Numbered from the stretch's first letter, positions 1 through 8,383 are shown. The stretch: 40,258 bases of DNA from a virus (IMGVR_UViG_2651869695_000011), one strand, 5' to 3'. A program made the numbers and translations. The notes: generated from the letters alone by a model not told the origin.

Positions 1-516
1 ATGAAATTTAAAAAATGTCTTCTGCCTGTGGCAATGTTAGCGTCATTCACTCTGGCAGGATGCCAGTCAAATGCTGATGATCATGCCGCCGATGTTTATC
101 AAACCGATCAACTGAATACCAAACAAGAAACTAAAACCGTTAATATTATTTCCATTCTTCCCGCAAAAGTTGCCGTAGACAACGCCCAAAATAAACGGAA
201 CGCACAAGCCTTCGGCGCGCTTATTGGCGCTGTCGCTGGCGGTGTTATCGGCCACAACGTCGGGTCTGGCAGCAATTCCGGAACGACAGCAGGTGCAGTT
301 GGCGGCGGAGCTGTTGGCGCAGCAGCGGGTTCTATGGTGAATGATAAAACCTTAGTGGAAGGTGTTTCTTTAACATATCAGGAAGGCACCAAAGTGTATA
401 CCTCCACCCAGGTGGGTAAAGAGTGCCAGTTTACGACAGGTTTAGCCGTTGTTATTACCACGACGTATAACGAAACGCGTATTCAGCCAAATACCAAATG
501 TCCTGAAAAGAGCTAA
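1..516 (+). CDS. Outer-membrane lipoprotein with glycine-zipper segment (SlyB/PCP-like); host flank
   Basis: ATG at window position 1; signal peptide MKFKKCLLPVAMLASFTLAG followed by lipobox Cys (LAGC); Gly/Ala-rich zipper GALIGAVAGGVIGHNVG...GGGAVGAAAG. Family assignment from recalled motifs only. Confidence 0.6.
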   Translation: MKFKKCLLPVAMLASFTLAGCQSNADDHAADVYQTDQLNTKQETKTVNIISILPAKVAVDNAQNKRNAQAFGALIGAVAGGVIGHNVGSGSNSGTTAGAVGGGAVGAAAGSMVNDKTLVEGVSLTYQEGTKVYTSTQVGKECQFTTGLAVVITTTYNETRIQPNTKCPEKS

Positions 517-531
517 TAATCAGGAGGAGTC

Positions 532-1071
532 ATGAAGAAAGTTTTTCTTTGCGCCATCTTAGCCTCCTTAAGCTATCCGGCTATCGCCTCATCATTGCAG
601 GATCAACTCTCGGCTGTCGCAGAAGCGGAACAGCAAGGTAAAAATGAAGAGCAAAGGCAGCATGACGAATGGGTCGCGGAGCGCAACAGGGAAATCCAGC
701 AAGAGAAGCAACGTCGCGCAAACGCCCAGGCCGCGGCTAATAAAAGAGCGGCAACGGCAGCAGCGAATAAGAAAGCTCGTCAGGATAAACTGGACGCCGA
801 AGCCACTGCGGACAAAAAACGCGATCAAAGTTATGAAGATGAGCTACGCAGCTTAGAGATTCAGAAACAAAAACTGGCGCTGGCGAAAGAAGAAGCCCGC
901 GTTAAGCGCGAAAACGAATTTATCGATCAGGAACTGAAGCACAAAGCTGCGCAAACCGATGTGGTGCAATCTGAAGCTGACGCAAACAGGAATATGACTG
1001 AAGGCGGTCGCGATCTGATGAAAAGCGTGGGCAAAGCAGAAGAGAATAAATCAGATAGCTGGTTTAACTAA
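532..1071 (+). CDS. Exported coiled-coil/low-complexity protein (signal peptide); host flank
   Basis: SD AGGAGG 6 nt upstream of ATG; N-terminal signal peptide MKKVFLCAILASLSYPAIA; K/E/Q/A-rich body; followed by a terminator. Confidence 0.5.
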   Translation: MKKVFLCAILASLSYPAIASSLQDQLSAVAEAEQQGKNEEQRQHDEWVAERNREIQQEKQRRANAQAAANKRAATAAANKKARQDKLDAEATADKKRDQSYEDELRSLEIQKQKLALAKEEARVKRENEFIDQELKHKAAQTDVVQSEADANRNMTEGGRDLMKSVGKAEENKSDSWFN

Positions 1072-1115
1072 ACGATGTTAGTAACTTCAAGTCTATAATT
1101 CTTTAGGATAAAAAA

Positions 1116-1141
1116 CCCTCTGTAGTAACAGAGGGTTTTGT
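1116..1141 (+). terminator. Rho-independent terminator ending the host-like operon
   Basis: CCCTCTGT-AGTA-ACAGAGGG perfect 8-bp stem followed by TTTTGTT. Confidence 0.6.
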
Positions 1142-1288
1142 TCATTCATAGTGCAGGGTCAAATCATTCCCACTCAATTATTTACGGCAGCCATAACCAA
1201 TTGAGTGATAACATTTTTCCAAAAACTAATTTTTTTAGTACCGTTTTATATACCGTCACCGGAAATCAGTACCATGAAAAATGCCATG

Positions 1289-1771
1289 CTATCTTGTCAG
1301 GGTGTCATACTGTTTTTCGCAGACTCTTCCGGCTTCGGCTGCCCGGTCAGCATACTCTGCCAGTTGTCTGTTTCTCTCGAGAGATTTGCTGAGCACGTCG
1401 GCAAGCAAAACTCCGGTATCTGCGGCTGACGCCCCAGCGCCGACAATGGCGTTATACTGCCTGAGCTGTTCACGGATGGCAACGAGCTGTTGCTGCAACC
1501 TGCCAGCGCGAGCGGCAGCATCAAGAGCATCATTGCGCGCCTGGTCGATCCTCTGCTGCGCTTCACGTTCATTGGTCACTTTCTCCTGTTCGTAGTACTG
1601 ACGAACTTTTTCTTCTTCGGCTTTGCGGTCTTCTTCCGCCTGCGCATACCCGGCATCGTACTGACGGCTGCCGTGTATATTCCAGGCAACAACTCCTGAT
1701 GTGGCAAGAACAGCAAGCATCGCCACGATAAGCAACTGTTTCCAGTATGCTTTTACGAATATCAGGATCAT
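1289..1771 (-). CDS. Rz-like i-spanin
   Basis: Last gene of lysis cassette; N-terminal TM segment ([18 protein letters not shown]) then coiled-coil periplasmic domain; start overlaps endolysin stop (ATGA). Confidence 0.6.
   Translation of the reverse strand: MILIFVKAYWKQLLIVAMLAVLATSGVVAWNIHGSRQYDAGYAQAEEDRKAEEEKVRQYYEQEKVTNEREAQQRIDQARNDALDAAARAGRLQQQLVAIREQLRQYNAIVGAGASAADTGVLLADVLSKSLERNRQLAEYADRAAEAGRVCEKQYDTLTR
1297..1533 (-). CDS. Rz1-like o-spanin lipoprotein, embedded in Rz in another frame
   Basis: Internal ORF with start [12 protein letters not shown]|C (lipobox LAGC), Pro/Ser-rich mature part; fully nested in Rz as in lambda Rz/Rz1. Start chosen at internal ATG 1531-1533. Confidence 0.45.
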   Translation of the reverse strand: MMLLMLPLALAGCSNSSLPSVNSSGSITPLSALGRQPQIPEFCLPTCSANLSRETDNWQSMLTGQPKPEESAKNSMTP

Positions 1772-2397
1772 ACCGCCAGCACCTTACTGGCAGTTATGTA
1801 TCGCGCACGCCGGTCGTCGATGCCGTTCCGGCCACCATTGATAATCAGAGTTACACGTGCAATATCACCGGTATACTTCATGCAGCCTTTGCTGGCAAAA
1901 AACCACGCCGCACTACGAGCCGCATATTCATCCTGCGCCAGCAGTTCAGGACTCTCCAGCAGGTCAACTTTCAGACCGTTTCCACAGTCACGATAGTTAT
2001 TCAAACCGGTAATCTGGATAAGCCCGCGCCCACGGTAATTCCAGCCATCACCAGGGGCATTGTTACCCATGCGTTTGCTGTACACCAAATTTGCGATCGC
2101 TCTCTGGCGCTCAAGTGGCAATGGTGGTTCACCAGCACGGCGCCCCAATGCGTTGGCCTGCCCCTGAGTGAGACGCCCAGCCAGAACGAAGTTAGCCAGT
2201 CCGGTGACGCTGTAGTTGAAGTTCTCCTGCAGCCGGGTGAAGCCTCCAGACTCATGCCCGACCTGAGCAATAAACATTGCCTGATCTTCTGGTTTGCTGA
2301 TACCAAACTCTTTCATCGCAGAAGTTATATGCGAGAACCAGCGTGCGGCCAGCGCCTCGCTAATACCAGCAGCTCGCTGGAATTGTTTAATCTCCAT
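1768..2397 (-). CDS. Endolysin, glycoside hydrolase family 19 (chitinase-like)
   Basis: Motifs [26 protein letters not shown] typical of GH19 phage endolysins; lies between holin-like genes and Rz. Confidence 0.85.
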   Translation of the reverse strand: MEIKQFQRAAGISEALAARWFSHITSAMKEFGISKPEDQAMFIAQVGHESGGFTRLQENFNYSVTGLANFVLAGRLTQGQANALGRRAGEPPLPLERQRAIANLVYSKRMGNNAPGDGWNYRGRGLIQITGLNNYRDCGNGLKVDLLESPELLAQDEYAARSAAWFFASKGCMKYTGDIARVTLIINGGRNGIDDRRARYITASKVLAV

Positions 2398-2695
2398 GTT
2401 TAGACCTCGTTATTTTGAAAATCTGAACGACGTTACCGCGAGTTTTAAGAACCGCAGCAAGCATGACAGCATTGATAATGACCTCAGATAAATCCACAGC
2501 CATTGGCGTGCGTAACCAGATTGCATAGACGACACGAACAGGAATACTGGCCGCAGCAACAATAAGGAAATAAGCAAGCCACCCTCCCCACCTTCGATGT
2601 TGTGAACCGTTACGCCGGAATGTGACAACACGAATTGCTATGCCAGTACAAATAAGTGCATTGGTGATAAGCAAAACAAGCTCATTAGTTACCAT
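2387..2695 (-). CDS. Holin/antiholin-like small membrane protein
   Basis: 102 aa, two to three hydrophobic segments, immediately upstream of endolysin with overlapping stop/start. Confidence 0.5.
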   Translation of the reverse strand: MVTNELVLLITNALICTGIAIRVVTFRRNGSQHRRWGGWLAYFLIVAAASIPVRVVYAIWLRTPMAVDLSEVIINAVMLAAVLKTRGNVVQIFKITRSKHGD

Positions 2696-3086
2696 CGCCT
2701 TTTCTCCCCGGAATTAACTCGCGTGGATTATCGGAACGGTGATAGAGCCAGATGCCAATTCGAACTGCAACGATTGCTGACACGAATGCACCAGCAGAGA
2801 AAACAATCCCTTTCTCGAAAGAGTCCTGCGTGATGGTAGGGATCAGGCTGGCTACGCCGATAAGGATGGATGCAGTTGGTTTGTAGAAGAGAAGGCCGCA
2901 GAGAAAGCTGAGCATCGACAGGAGAACCCGGCGGCGGATCGGGTATTCGACAGCCGAGGTAACAAAGATTACCGCGCCTGCCAAAGACCCCAACGCCACT
3001 TCTGGCGGGACACCAGCGATTACCGCAGCGAGCGAACCCATACTAAGCCACTGATTTAAAGACTCACTTGTTAGCCCGGCTGACAT
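2685..3086 (-). CDS. Holin-like membrane protein
   Basis: About 133 aa with multiple TM segments; first gene of lysis cassette. Start set at ATG 3084-3086 (SD GGTGG); the ORF-track GTG at 3093 is less likely. Confidence 0.5.
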   Translation of the reverse strand: MSAGLTSESLNQWLSMGSLAAVIAGVPPEVALGSLAGAVIFVTSAVEYPIRRRVLLSMLSFLCGLLFYKPTASILIGVASLIPTITQDSFEKGIVFSAGAFVSAIVAVRIGIWLYHRSDNPRELIPGRKGDGN

Positions 3087-3175
3087 AATGACCACCGTTT
3101 ACTGTGCATAAAGAACCTCCTTAGTTGGTTCTCATATCATACACAATAAACCATATGTGTTTTAATTTGGTAACA

Positions 3176-3215
3176 AATGAAAAAGCCCTTTAGTGAAAAA
3201 CATTCATTAAAGGGC
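3176..3215 (-). terminator. Rho-independent terminator after tailspike (minus strand)
   Basis: On minus strand AGCCCTTTA...TAAAGGGCT hairpin followed by TTTTTCATTT, directly after the tailspike stop. Confidence 0.6.
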
Positions 3216-3226
3216 TAGATATTTAC

Positions 3227-5971
3227 TTAACCTTTAGAAAAAACAGACAGTAACGGAAGTGTAAAAGTCGACACACCAGTATTCATCATGCAGGTTTTAC
3301 CACCTGAGTATCCAGATATGGTTTGCGAAACTGGACTTCCTGTTGTTGGGAAAATGGTGATTTCATCCCCCCCCTTCAATACTCTAACTTTGCCTGTAAC
3401 ATCAACCGATGAACTTGAAACAGACGTGAGAGATCCGTTGGTCATTGTATAAAAGTTTATAGTTCCTGTTGCTGTTCTGCTTACACCACATCCTGATTTT
3501 TGCTTCTGTTTATAGTTAAACAATACCAGCAGGCCAACAGGCATTGACTCAAGCTCAACTGCTGTAGACTGGTAGGTCTTACTGCCGTTTCTCATGTCAG
3601 GAGCCTCATCATCTGGATCAGAAAAATTATACCCAAGAGTTAAATCATTAACCGTGGCATTATTCCCTGTTATTCCTTTGACTTGATTAACACTTAACGG
3701 TATGTAATTAAACCCTGCAAAAAGCGGTGTTAACTTTTCTCTAAATAAAAGGCCTGGTGGGTATACTAACGAAGGTGTACCATCATATGTCACTGAGATA
3801 ATATTAAGTCCCTTTTTAAGGGTTCCAATGCACGTTGTTTGTTTGCCTGTAAATGATGTTAGCCCATTGCTGGCAACTTTACCTGATAGATAAGAAGAGT
3901 TCCTGATGTCATTGAGAATGACATTGAACTGGTTAACACGATCTGATGAAGTATAAGTTGGGTTATATGGCTCAAATAATGTTACAGAGATATCGCTTGT
4001 ATCACTCCATACAAAATACCGACAAATAACATTTTCATTTGAAGGCGTAATCCTTCCCCATCCACCAAGTGCATCAAGATAATCACCTCCACTTAATATC
4101 GAAATTGATGGGTAGTATCTGGTATTTGAAGGGTATCCAATACCAATAAATGAAAGTTGAGTAGTAGGGATTAGGTTCTTATTTTTTACAGCTGTATAAA
4201 CGCGCTCTTTTAATACCTCTTTTGCAGCATAAGCACCGATGTATGCATGTCCTATCGTTGATGGATGGCTCTGGTCAAAGACAGTACCGCCGTCACGTTT
4301 GGCAACATCAGATATAGAGTACGCGCCTATATCTGCATAAGCGTCAGTCGTGGCAATGGACAAATCCAAAAACTCGACCTTTGGGAAAAGGCGTTCGATA
4401 CGCTTCTTAATGGCTGACTCCAGGAAAGCCTTTGGCGCATCGTTATTGTTTACAGTAACAAAGCATATCGGACAACCATATCCCCATGATTTTCTAATCA
4501 ACTTTTCAAACTCATGAAAATACGCTTCAAATCCTATTGTTGGAAGTATTCCATTGTCATTAAAACCAAGGCTTATAAAAAGAACATCAGGAGCTTTTTT
4601 TCCATACGCAGCATTCTGGAAAAATCCATAGTCGAAGTTTTCATAACCCCAACCTGTCGCAAGTGACTTGCCAGACGATCCGCAGTTATATGCTTTAAAA
4701 ATATTATCCGTGCTGTCGGATAGCATATTGAGGCAATCAGTAAAAATTCTGAACCATGAATGCTTACCGCCATTTAAATTATGATTGTAGTTGGTAGAGT
4801 TAAGATTTCCATCGCTACCAGTCGGGTTCGGGGTCCATCCTGAACTATAGGCTCCATCCGTTATAGAATCACCAATGATACCTACATGGCAATCTTCTAT
4901 AGTTGATTGGTAACTCTGCTTATTTGCAAATTTAGCAATTGTTCCAAGAGCAGTAAAATCAGGGCCATTGTTAGATAGCCCAACATCAAAAACATGCTCA
5001 TTACCCCATTTGTCTCTTGTGAGAATTTTACCTTCTCCAAGAAATTTAGTCACATCATCTGACGGTAAAAAATTACACCTGATGGTTACATCTTTTGGGA
5101 TGTAAATCTGACCAGGGAAAGCATAAATTGCACTTCTGTTGTCAGTTGTCGTGTTAATAACGACATTTGGAACATAAAATATTGACGTTGCGTCAGTTCT
5201 ATATTGTCCGTTAACAAGCTCAGATCTGAGAACCGCATCCCCAACACCTCTCCAAGCGCCAGGACCAACACCACCAGTAGTGGTAGGAGTTGATCCTGGA
5301 GGAACTACTTTGGGCAGTGGCCCGTCCCATCTGTAGTATTCGCCGTTGCTTTCCCAGAGAAGAACATCGTTAAGATAGATGATGGTATTACCCAACTCAA
5401 AAGATTTCTTCGTGTTATAGCCATACAATCCATTTTCTAAGGTTTCAATAATGGTGCTAAGTATGGTACTAAATTTTGCATAAAGATCATCAGTATATTT
5501 TTTTGTAGCAGCATCTTGGGGAAGAGATGGATCACGAAGATTTCTAATATAATTTGAAAGCGCGTCATAAAAAATTGCTACGTCATTTGGCTTTCTTAAA
5601 GCCAACTTATCATTTCTTAATGATTGTTGAATGAGCATAGTAAGTTTATCAAACGCATCCTCATGTACCTCAGCGAAGAACTTACCCTGATTACGTAAAT
5701 CCGTTTCCTGAGTAGCTGGTAGTTCTCGTGATATAGATATCTGATGACCGTTAGCCAACGCCTTCGAGAGAATTACATTACCGCCGTTATATCCTCCAGC
5801 CCCGGTAACTGTGTAATCAGTATCAAGAGCCAGCACAGCGATATTTTCGTCAAGGTCAACCACCTGTACTACCAGATCAGATTTATTGAAAACCCTAAAG
5901 GTGTACGGAAATGATGTCGTAACGCCGTTACCTGTGTATTCGTTGTGGTCAACTTCGGTTGAGACCGTCAT
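3227..5971 (-). CDS. Tailspike/tail fibre: T7 gp17-like N-terminal adaptor + SGNH (GDSL) esterase domain + C-terminal beta-rich domain
   Basis: N-terminus YTGNGVTTSFPYTF...DLVV...DYTVTG resembles podovirus fibre head-binding domain; SGNH blocks GIIGDSITDG (block I), ISLGFNDN (block III), DQSHPSTIGH (block V); SD GGAG 8 nt upstream; AT-rich body. Confidence 0.8.
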   Translation of the reverse strand: MTVSTEVDHNEYTGNGVTTSFPYTFRVFNKSDLVVQVVDLDENIAVLALDTDYTVTGAGGYNGGNVILSKALANGHQISISRELPATQETDLRNQGKFFAEVHEDAFDKLTMLIQQSLRNDKLALRKPNDVAIFYDALSNYIRNLRDPSLPQDAATKKYTDDLYAKFSTILSTIIETLENGLYGYNTKKSFELGNTIIYLNDVLLWESNGEYYRWDGPLPKVVPPGSTPTTTGGVGPGAWRGVGDAVLRSELVNGQYRTDATSIFYVPNVVINTTTDNRSAIYAFPGQIYIPKDVTIRCNFLPSDDVTKFLGEGKILTRDKWGNEHVFDVGLSNNGPDFTALGTIAKFANKQSYQSTIEDCHVGIIGDSITDGAYSSGWTPNPTGSDGNLNSTNYNHNLNGGKHSWFRIFTDCLNMLSDSTDNIFKAYNCGSSGKSLATGWGYENFDYGFFQNAAYGKKAPDVLFISLGFNDNGILPTIGFEAYFHEFEKLIRKSWGYGCPICFVTVNNNDAPKAFLESAIKKRIERLFPKVEFLDLSIATTDAYADIGAYSISDVAKRDGGTVFDQSHPSTIGHAYIGAYAAKEVLKERVYTAVKNKNLIPTTQLSFIGIGYPSNTRYYPSISILSGGDYLDALGGWGRITPSNENVICRYFVWSDTSDISVTLFEPYNPTYTSSDRVNQFNVILNDIRNSSYLSGKVASNGLTSFTGKQTTCIGTLKKGLNIISVTYDGTPSLVYPPGLLFREKLTPLFAGFNYIPLSVNQVKGITGNNATVNDLTLGYNFSDPDDEAPDMRNGSKTYQSTAVELESMPVGLLVLFNYKQKQKSGCGVSRTATGTINFYTMTNGSLTSVSSSSVDVTGKVRVLKGGDEITIFPTTGSPVSQTISGYSGGKTCMMNTGVSTFTLPLLSVFSKG

Positions 5972-6024
5972 GTTAAATCTCCAGATAGTCGCAGCACCCG
6001 TTGCGCCGCATATCCGATCATTCT

Positions 6025-6090
6025 ATTACCTAAAAAACCACATATGGATAGATAACCCATAAATACGAACAGATATTACCTTTCAGGTAA
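6025..6090. promoter_or_regulatory. Bipartite upstream element of the tailspike operon: ATTACC-TAAAAAACCACATATG plus palindrome TTACCTTTCAGGTAA
   Basis: Perfect 6+3+6 palindrome at 6076-6090; AACCACATATG at 6036-6046; same arrangement recurs upstream of portal and early-gene operons. Confidence 0.45.
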
Positions 6091-6129
6091 TTCGCAAAAC
6101 GTGCTGGATAGCAAACAAATTATTTGCTA

Positions 6130-6145
6130 CTGTATAAATATACAG
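6130..6145 (+). promoter_or_regulatory. LexA (SOS) box
   Basis: CTGTATAAATATACAG matches CTGT-N8-ACAG with AT-rich core (consensus TACTGTATATATATACAGTA); 8 nt upstream of SD GGAG and ATG at 6167. Confidence 0.7.
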
Positions 6146-6166
6146 TTATTACATGGAGAAGATAAG

Positions 6167-6424
6167 ATGCAGCAGTATCACTATCCACTGGAAGACGGAT
6201 TTACCGAAAGGATTCACACGCCGGGAGGCGTCAGGTCACTGGTGGAGGGATCGCACTTGATGAAATTACTCCGGGATCTCGATAAGGATGGATTTAATGT
6301 CGATGGCCCACTTGCCGAACTGACTGCACTGATTAACTACGTCACCAGCTCACAGATGTCTATGCGGGATCTGCAAACACATCTCGACTATTGTGCCGAA
6401 CAATTACGAAAACAAACCAGATAA
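6167..6424 (+). CDS. Small antirepressor-like protein (stand-alone paralogue of the Bro-N protein C-terminal domain), LexA-controlled
   Basis: 85 aa; SD GGAG at 6154-6157; aligns with last ~70 aa of the 6740-7450 product (shared IH.P.GV..L.E.S.LM.LL..L..DG..V.G..AELT...Y......RD.QTH..Y). Upstream GTG 6101 extension rejected. Confidence 0.5.
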   Translation: MQQYHYPLEDGFTERIHTPGGVRSLVEGSHLMKLLRDLDKDGFNVDGPLAELTALINYVTSSQMSMRDLQTHLDYCAEQLRKQTR

Positions 6425-6560
6425 GATTTGAAATTACCAAGAGGAGTGCTTATATTTACCTTTGCGGTAAATTTACATCGCACTCCTCTTGTGCCATAGT
6501 AATCGGGCACTGGCAAAATCCAGTGCCGGGATTGGCGTCCCGAGTTACTAAGTGGCGCAT

Positions 6561-6583
6561 ACCACGCCAGACGTGGTTTTTTT
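6561..6583 (+). terminator. Rho-independent terminator
   Basis: ACCACG-CCAGA-CGTGGT hairpin followed by TTTTTTT. Confidence 0.55.
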
Positions 6584-6739
6584 ATGCGTTAAGCACAGCC
6601 ATATCCGAATTATGGTGGGCTGGGCAGGGGTCCGAAAGGACGCCGGTACCACTTAGGCCGGTACGCCAACCTTGTCCAGTTCACCACCAGTAATTGGCGT
6701 TGCGGTGGTGATTAAAATCACTAAGTGGAGATAACCACC

Positions 6740-7450
6740 ATGGCTAATGCTCAAACTGCCATCTTCAAATTTGAATCTGTTAACCCTATCCGTTCCATCA
6801 TTATCGATGGCCAACCATGGTTTGTAGCCCAAGACGTTTGTAGTGCGCTGCGTATCCAAAACGTCACCCAAGCACTTGAAAAACTGGATGATGATGAAAG
6901 GTCTATGTTCAACATAGGGCATGAACATCGTGCAATTTTTGACAGCCGAGTAAAAGAGATCAACATCATCTCCGAGTCAGGCCTCTACACACTGATCCTC
7001 CGCTGCCGCGATGCGGTGACACCAGGCACTATCCCCTACCGCTTTCGTAAATGGGTTACAGGTGAGGTTCTTCCTCAGATCCGCCGCACCGGAAGTTACA
7101 TTAAAAACTCGCTCCCGCAGGAAGAACGCATAAAGATGGTTGCCGACCAGGTAGCCAACGCCACAGCATCAGCAGTGATGCAGGCAATGAAGATAGAGAA
7201 CAAAACCTACAGTGCCCCACTGAAGCCCGGCTACCGCAGTCTGATTCATTCTCCGTCTGGTGTTCTCGGCCTGACGGAGAACTCACTGCTGATGAATTTG
7301 CTGAACCAGTTGCAGGAAGACGGGCACGATGTATCGGGCGCGGCGGCGGAGCTGACCACCATGTTTTGCTACATCGTTGGTGTGAGCAAATGCCTGCGTG
7401 ATATCCAGACTCACGCGGAGTACATCAACGACAAGGCTGGGTTCTTCTGA
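6740..7450 (+). CDS. Bro-N domain antirepressor-family protein
   Basis: Classical Bro-N signature (FKFESVNPIRSIIIDGQPWFVAQDVCSAL...LDDDE...ISESGLYTLIL...FRKWVTGEVLPQIRRTG); SD GGAG 9 nt upstream of ATG 6740; C-terminal domain paralogous to 6167-6424. Confidence 0.75.
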   Translation: MANAQTAIFKFESVNPIRSIIIDGQPWFVAQDVCSALRIQNVTQALEKLDDDERSMFNIGHEHRAIFDSRVKEINIISESGLYTLILRCRDAVTPGTIPYRFRKWVTGEVLPQIRRTGSYIKNSLPQEERIKMVADQVANATASAVMQAMKIENKTYSAPLKPGYRSLIHSPSGVLGLTENSLLMNLLNQLQEDGHDVSGAAAELTTMFCYIVGVSKCLRDIQTHAEYINDKAGFF

Positions 7451-7597
7451 CGGGCGGCGGCACAGGGATGTGCCTTTAAATAATTCTGTACAGATTGCAG
7501 ACTGTGGGTGAATAGCGTACTATTACCTCAAGGGTAAACGGATTGGTTTCATTTTTATTAATCCGTGTAATGAACTTATGAGATATGAGGTAATGTC

Positions 7598-7777
7598 ATG
7601 CGAAACGAAAAATTGCAGATGCGTAGAGCGCAAGCTGCCGCAAGACGTTCTTTCAATGGAAGCGTAGAGTACGTAAAAGTTACTATGACAAAAGATCACG
7701 CAAGTCGCGTATCCCGAGCTTTCTTTGATTCTCGTAACAATAAGGAAAATTATGAGTTCGTCTGCGTCGCAGAATGA
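7598..7777 (+). CDS. Small basic protein (59 aa), possible DNA-binding or antitoxin-like partner
   Basis: Not in ORF track (below size cutoff); good SD TGAGGTAA 6 nt upstream of ATG; Arg-rich N-terminus; 3' end overlaps start of next gene in a different frame. Confidence 0.3.
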   Translation: MRNEKLQMRRAQAAARRSFNGSVEYVKVTMTKDHASRVSRAFFDSRNNKENYEFVCVAE

Positions 7778-8297
7778 TAAAAATCAAATTGTCAGATATA
7801 AGGGTCGAGTATTGCATACGCAAAATTTCTCGGCCCTTTGTGCATCTGATCTTGAGCTGAAGAAAGTATCTGATGCCTTTACCCAGTATTGGAAAACGGG
7901 ATACCATCCATCTCTTGGTAAAGATGCTGCATTTGCTCGTCCGACAGAAATGCTTAAACTAAATGTCAGGCATACTCATGTCGATAACCAAGACTATATT
8001 CCAGAAGATAGTGATAAAAAACACACTGGTAAAAAATCATCTTGGGATGCATGGAAAAATATAGCGTCTGTGCAAGTAAAATGCATACCAACAAGTGATT
8101 GCTTTTTAGTTTATTCGGTAAATCACAATCGTGATGCGCTGGTTATGTTTTTTGTTGACGCAGATGCCCACAACATAACTGAGCAAGAAGAGTTTAAAGA
8201 GGAAGCAATCACTATCAGTTATCAATTCTTTGAGAAAACAAAAACAGAACCAATGCCTTTAGAAGAAGATCTTTTTTCTGATAAATGGAAGGAATAA
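7752..8297 (+). CDS. Hypothetical moron protein (181 aa), no family recognised
   Basis: SD AAGGA 7 nt upstream of ATG 7752; AT-rich codon usage unlike neighbouring virion genes; followed by a strong terminator. Confidence 0.5.
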   Translation: MSSSASQNDKNQIVRYKGRVLHTQNFSALCASDLELKKVSDAFTQYWKTGYHPSLGKDAAFARPTEMLKLNVRHTHVDNQDYIPEDSDKKHTGKKSSWDAWKNIASVQVKCIPTSDCFLVYSVNHNRDALVMFFVDADAHNITEQEEFKEEAITISYQFFEKTKTEPMPLEEDLFSDKWKE

Positions 8298-8319
8298 GCC
8301 CGCGTTGCGGGCTTTTTTG
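8296..8319 (+). terminator. Rho-independent terminator
   Basis: GCCCGC-GTT-GCGGGC then TTTTTTG immediately after the stop codon. Confidence 0.65.
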
Positions 8320-8356
8320 TGTCTGCGGATTCCCGCCCGGGCGGCGGTGGCATTCG

Positions 8357-8383
8357 TTAAAAACAAGGCCGCGAAAGCGGCCT
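8357..8383 (-). terminator. Rho-independent terminator of the virion operon (minus strand)
   Basis: On minus strand GGCCGC-TTTC-GCGGCC followed by TTGTTTTTAA. Confidence 0.55.

Noticed and set aside
1138-1699. Plus-strand ORFs 1138-1392, 1205-1429, 1281-1595, 1490-1699
   Set aside because: Antisense to Rz/Rz1 or spanning the host terminator; no SD; coding strand here is minus.
6101-6166. GTG-initiated N-terminal extension of the small antirepressor-like gene
   Set aside because: Would place the LexA box inside the coding sequence and add a hydrophobic nonsense N-terminus; ATG 6167 with SD GGAG and box upstream is more coherent. Not fully excluded.
6391-6928. ORFs 6391-6693 (+) and 6653-6928 (-)
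   Set aside because: Lie across long hairpins and a terminator in the structured spacer and overlap the Bro-N gene start; no SD; likely non-coding.
7486-7508. CTGTACAGATTGCAGACTG as a possible LexA box
   Set aside because: Does not fit CTGT-N8-ACAG in any register.
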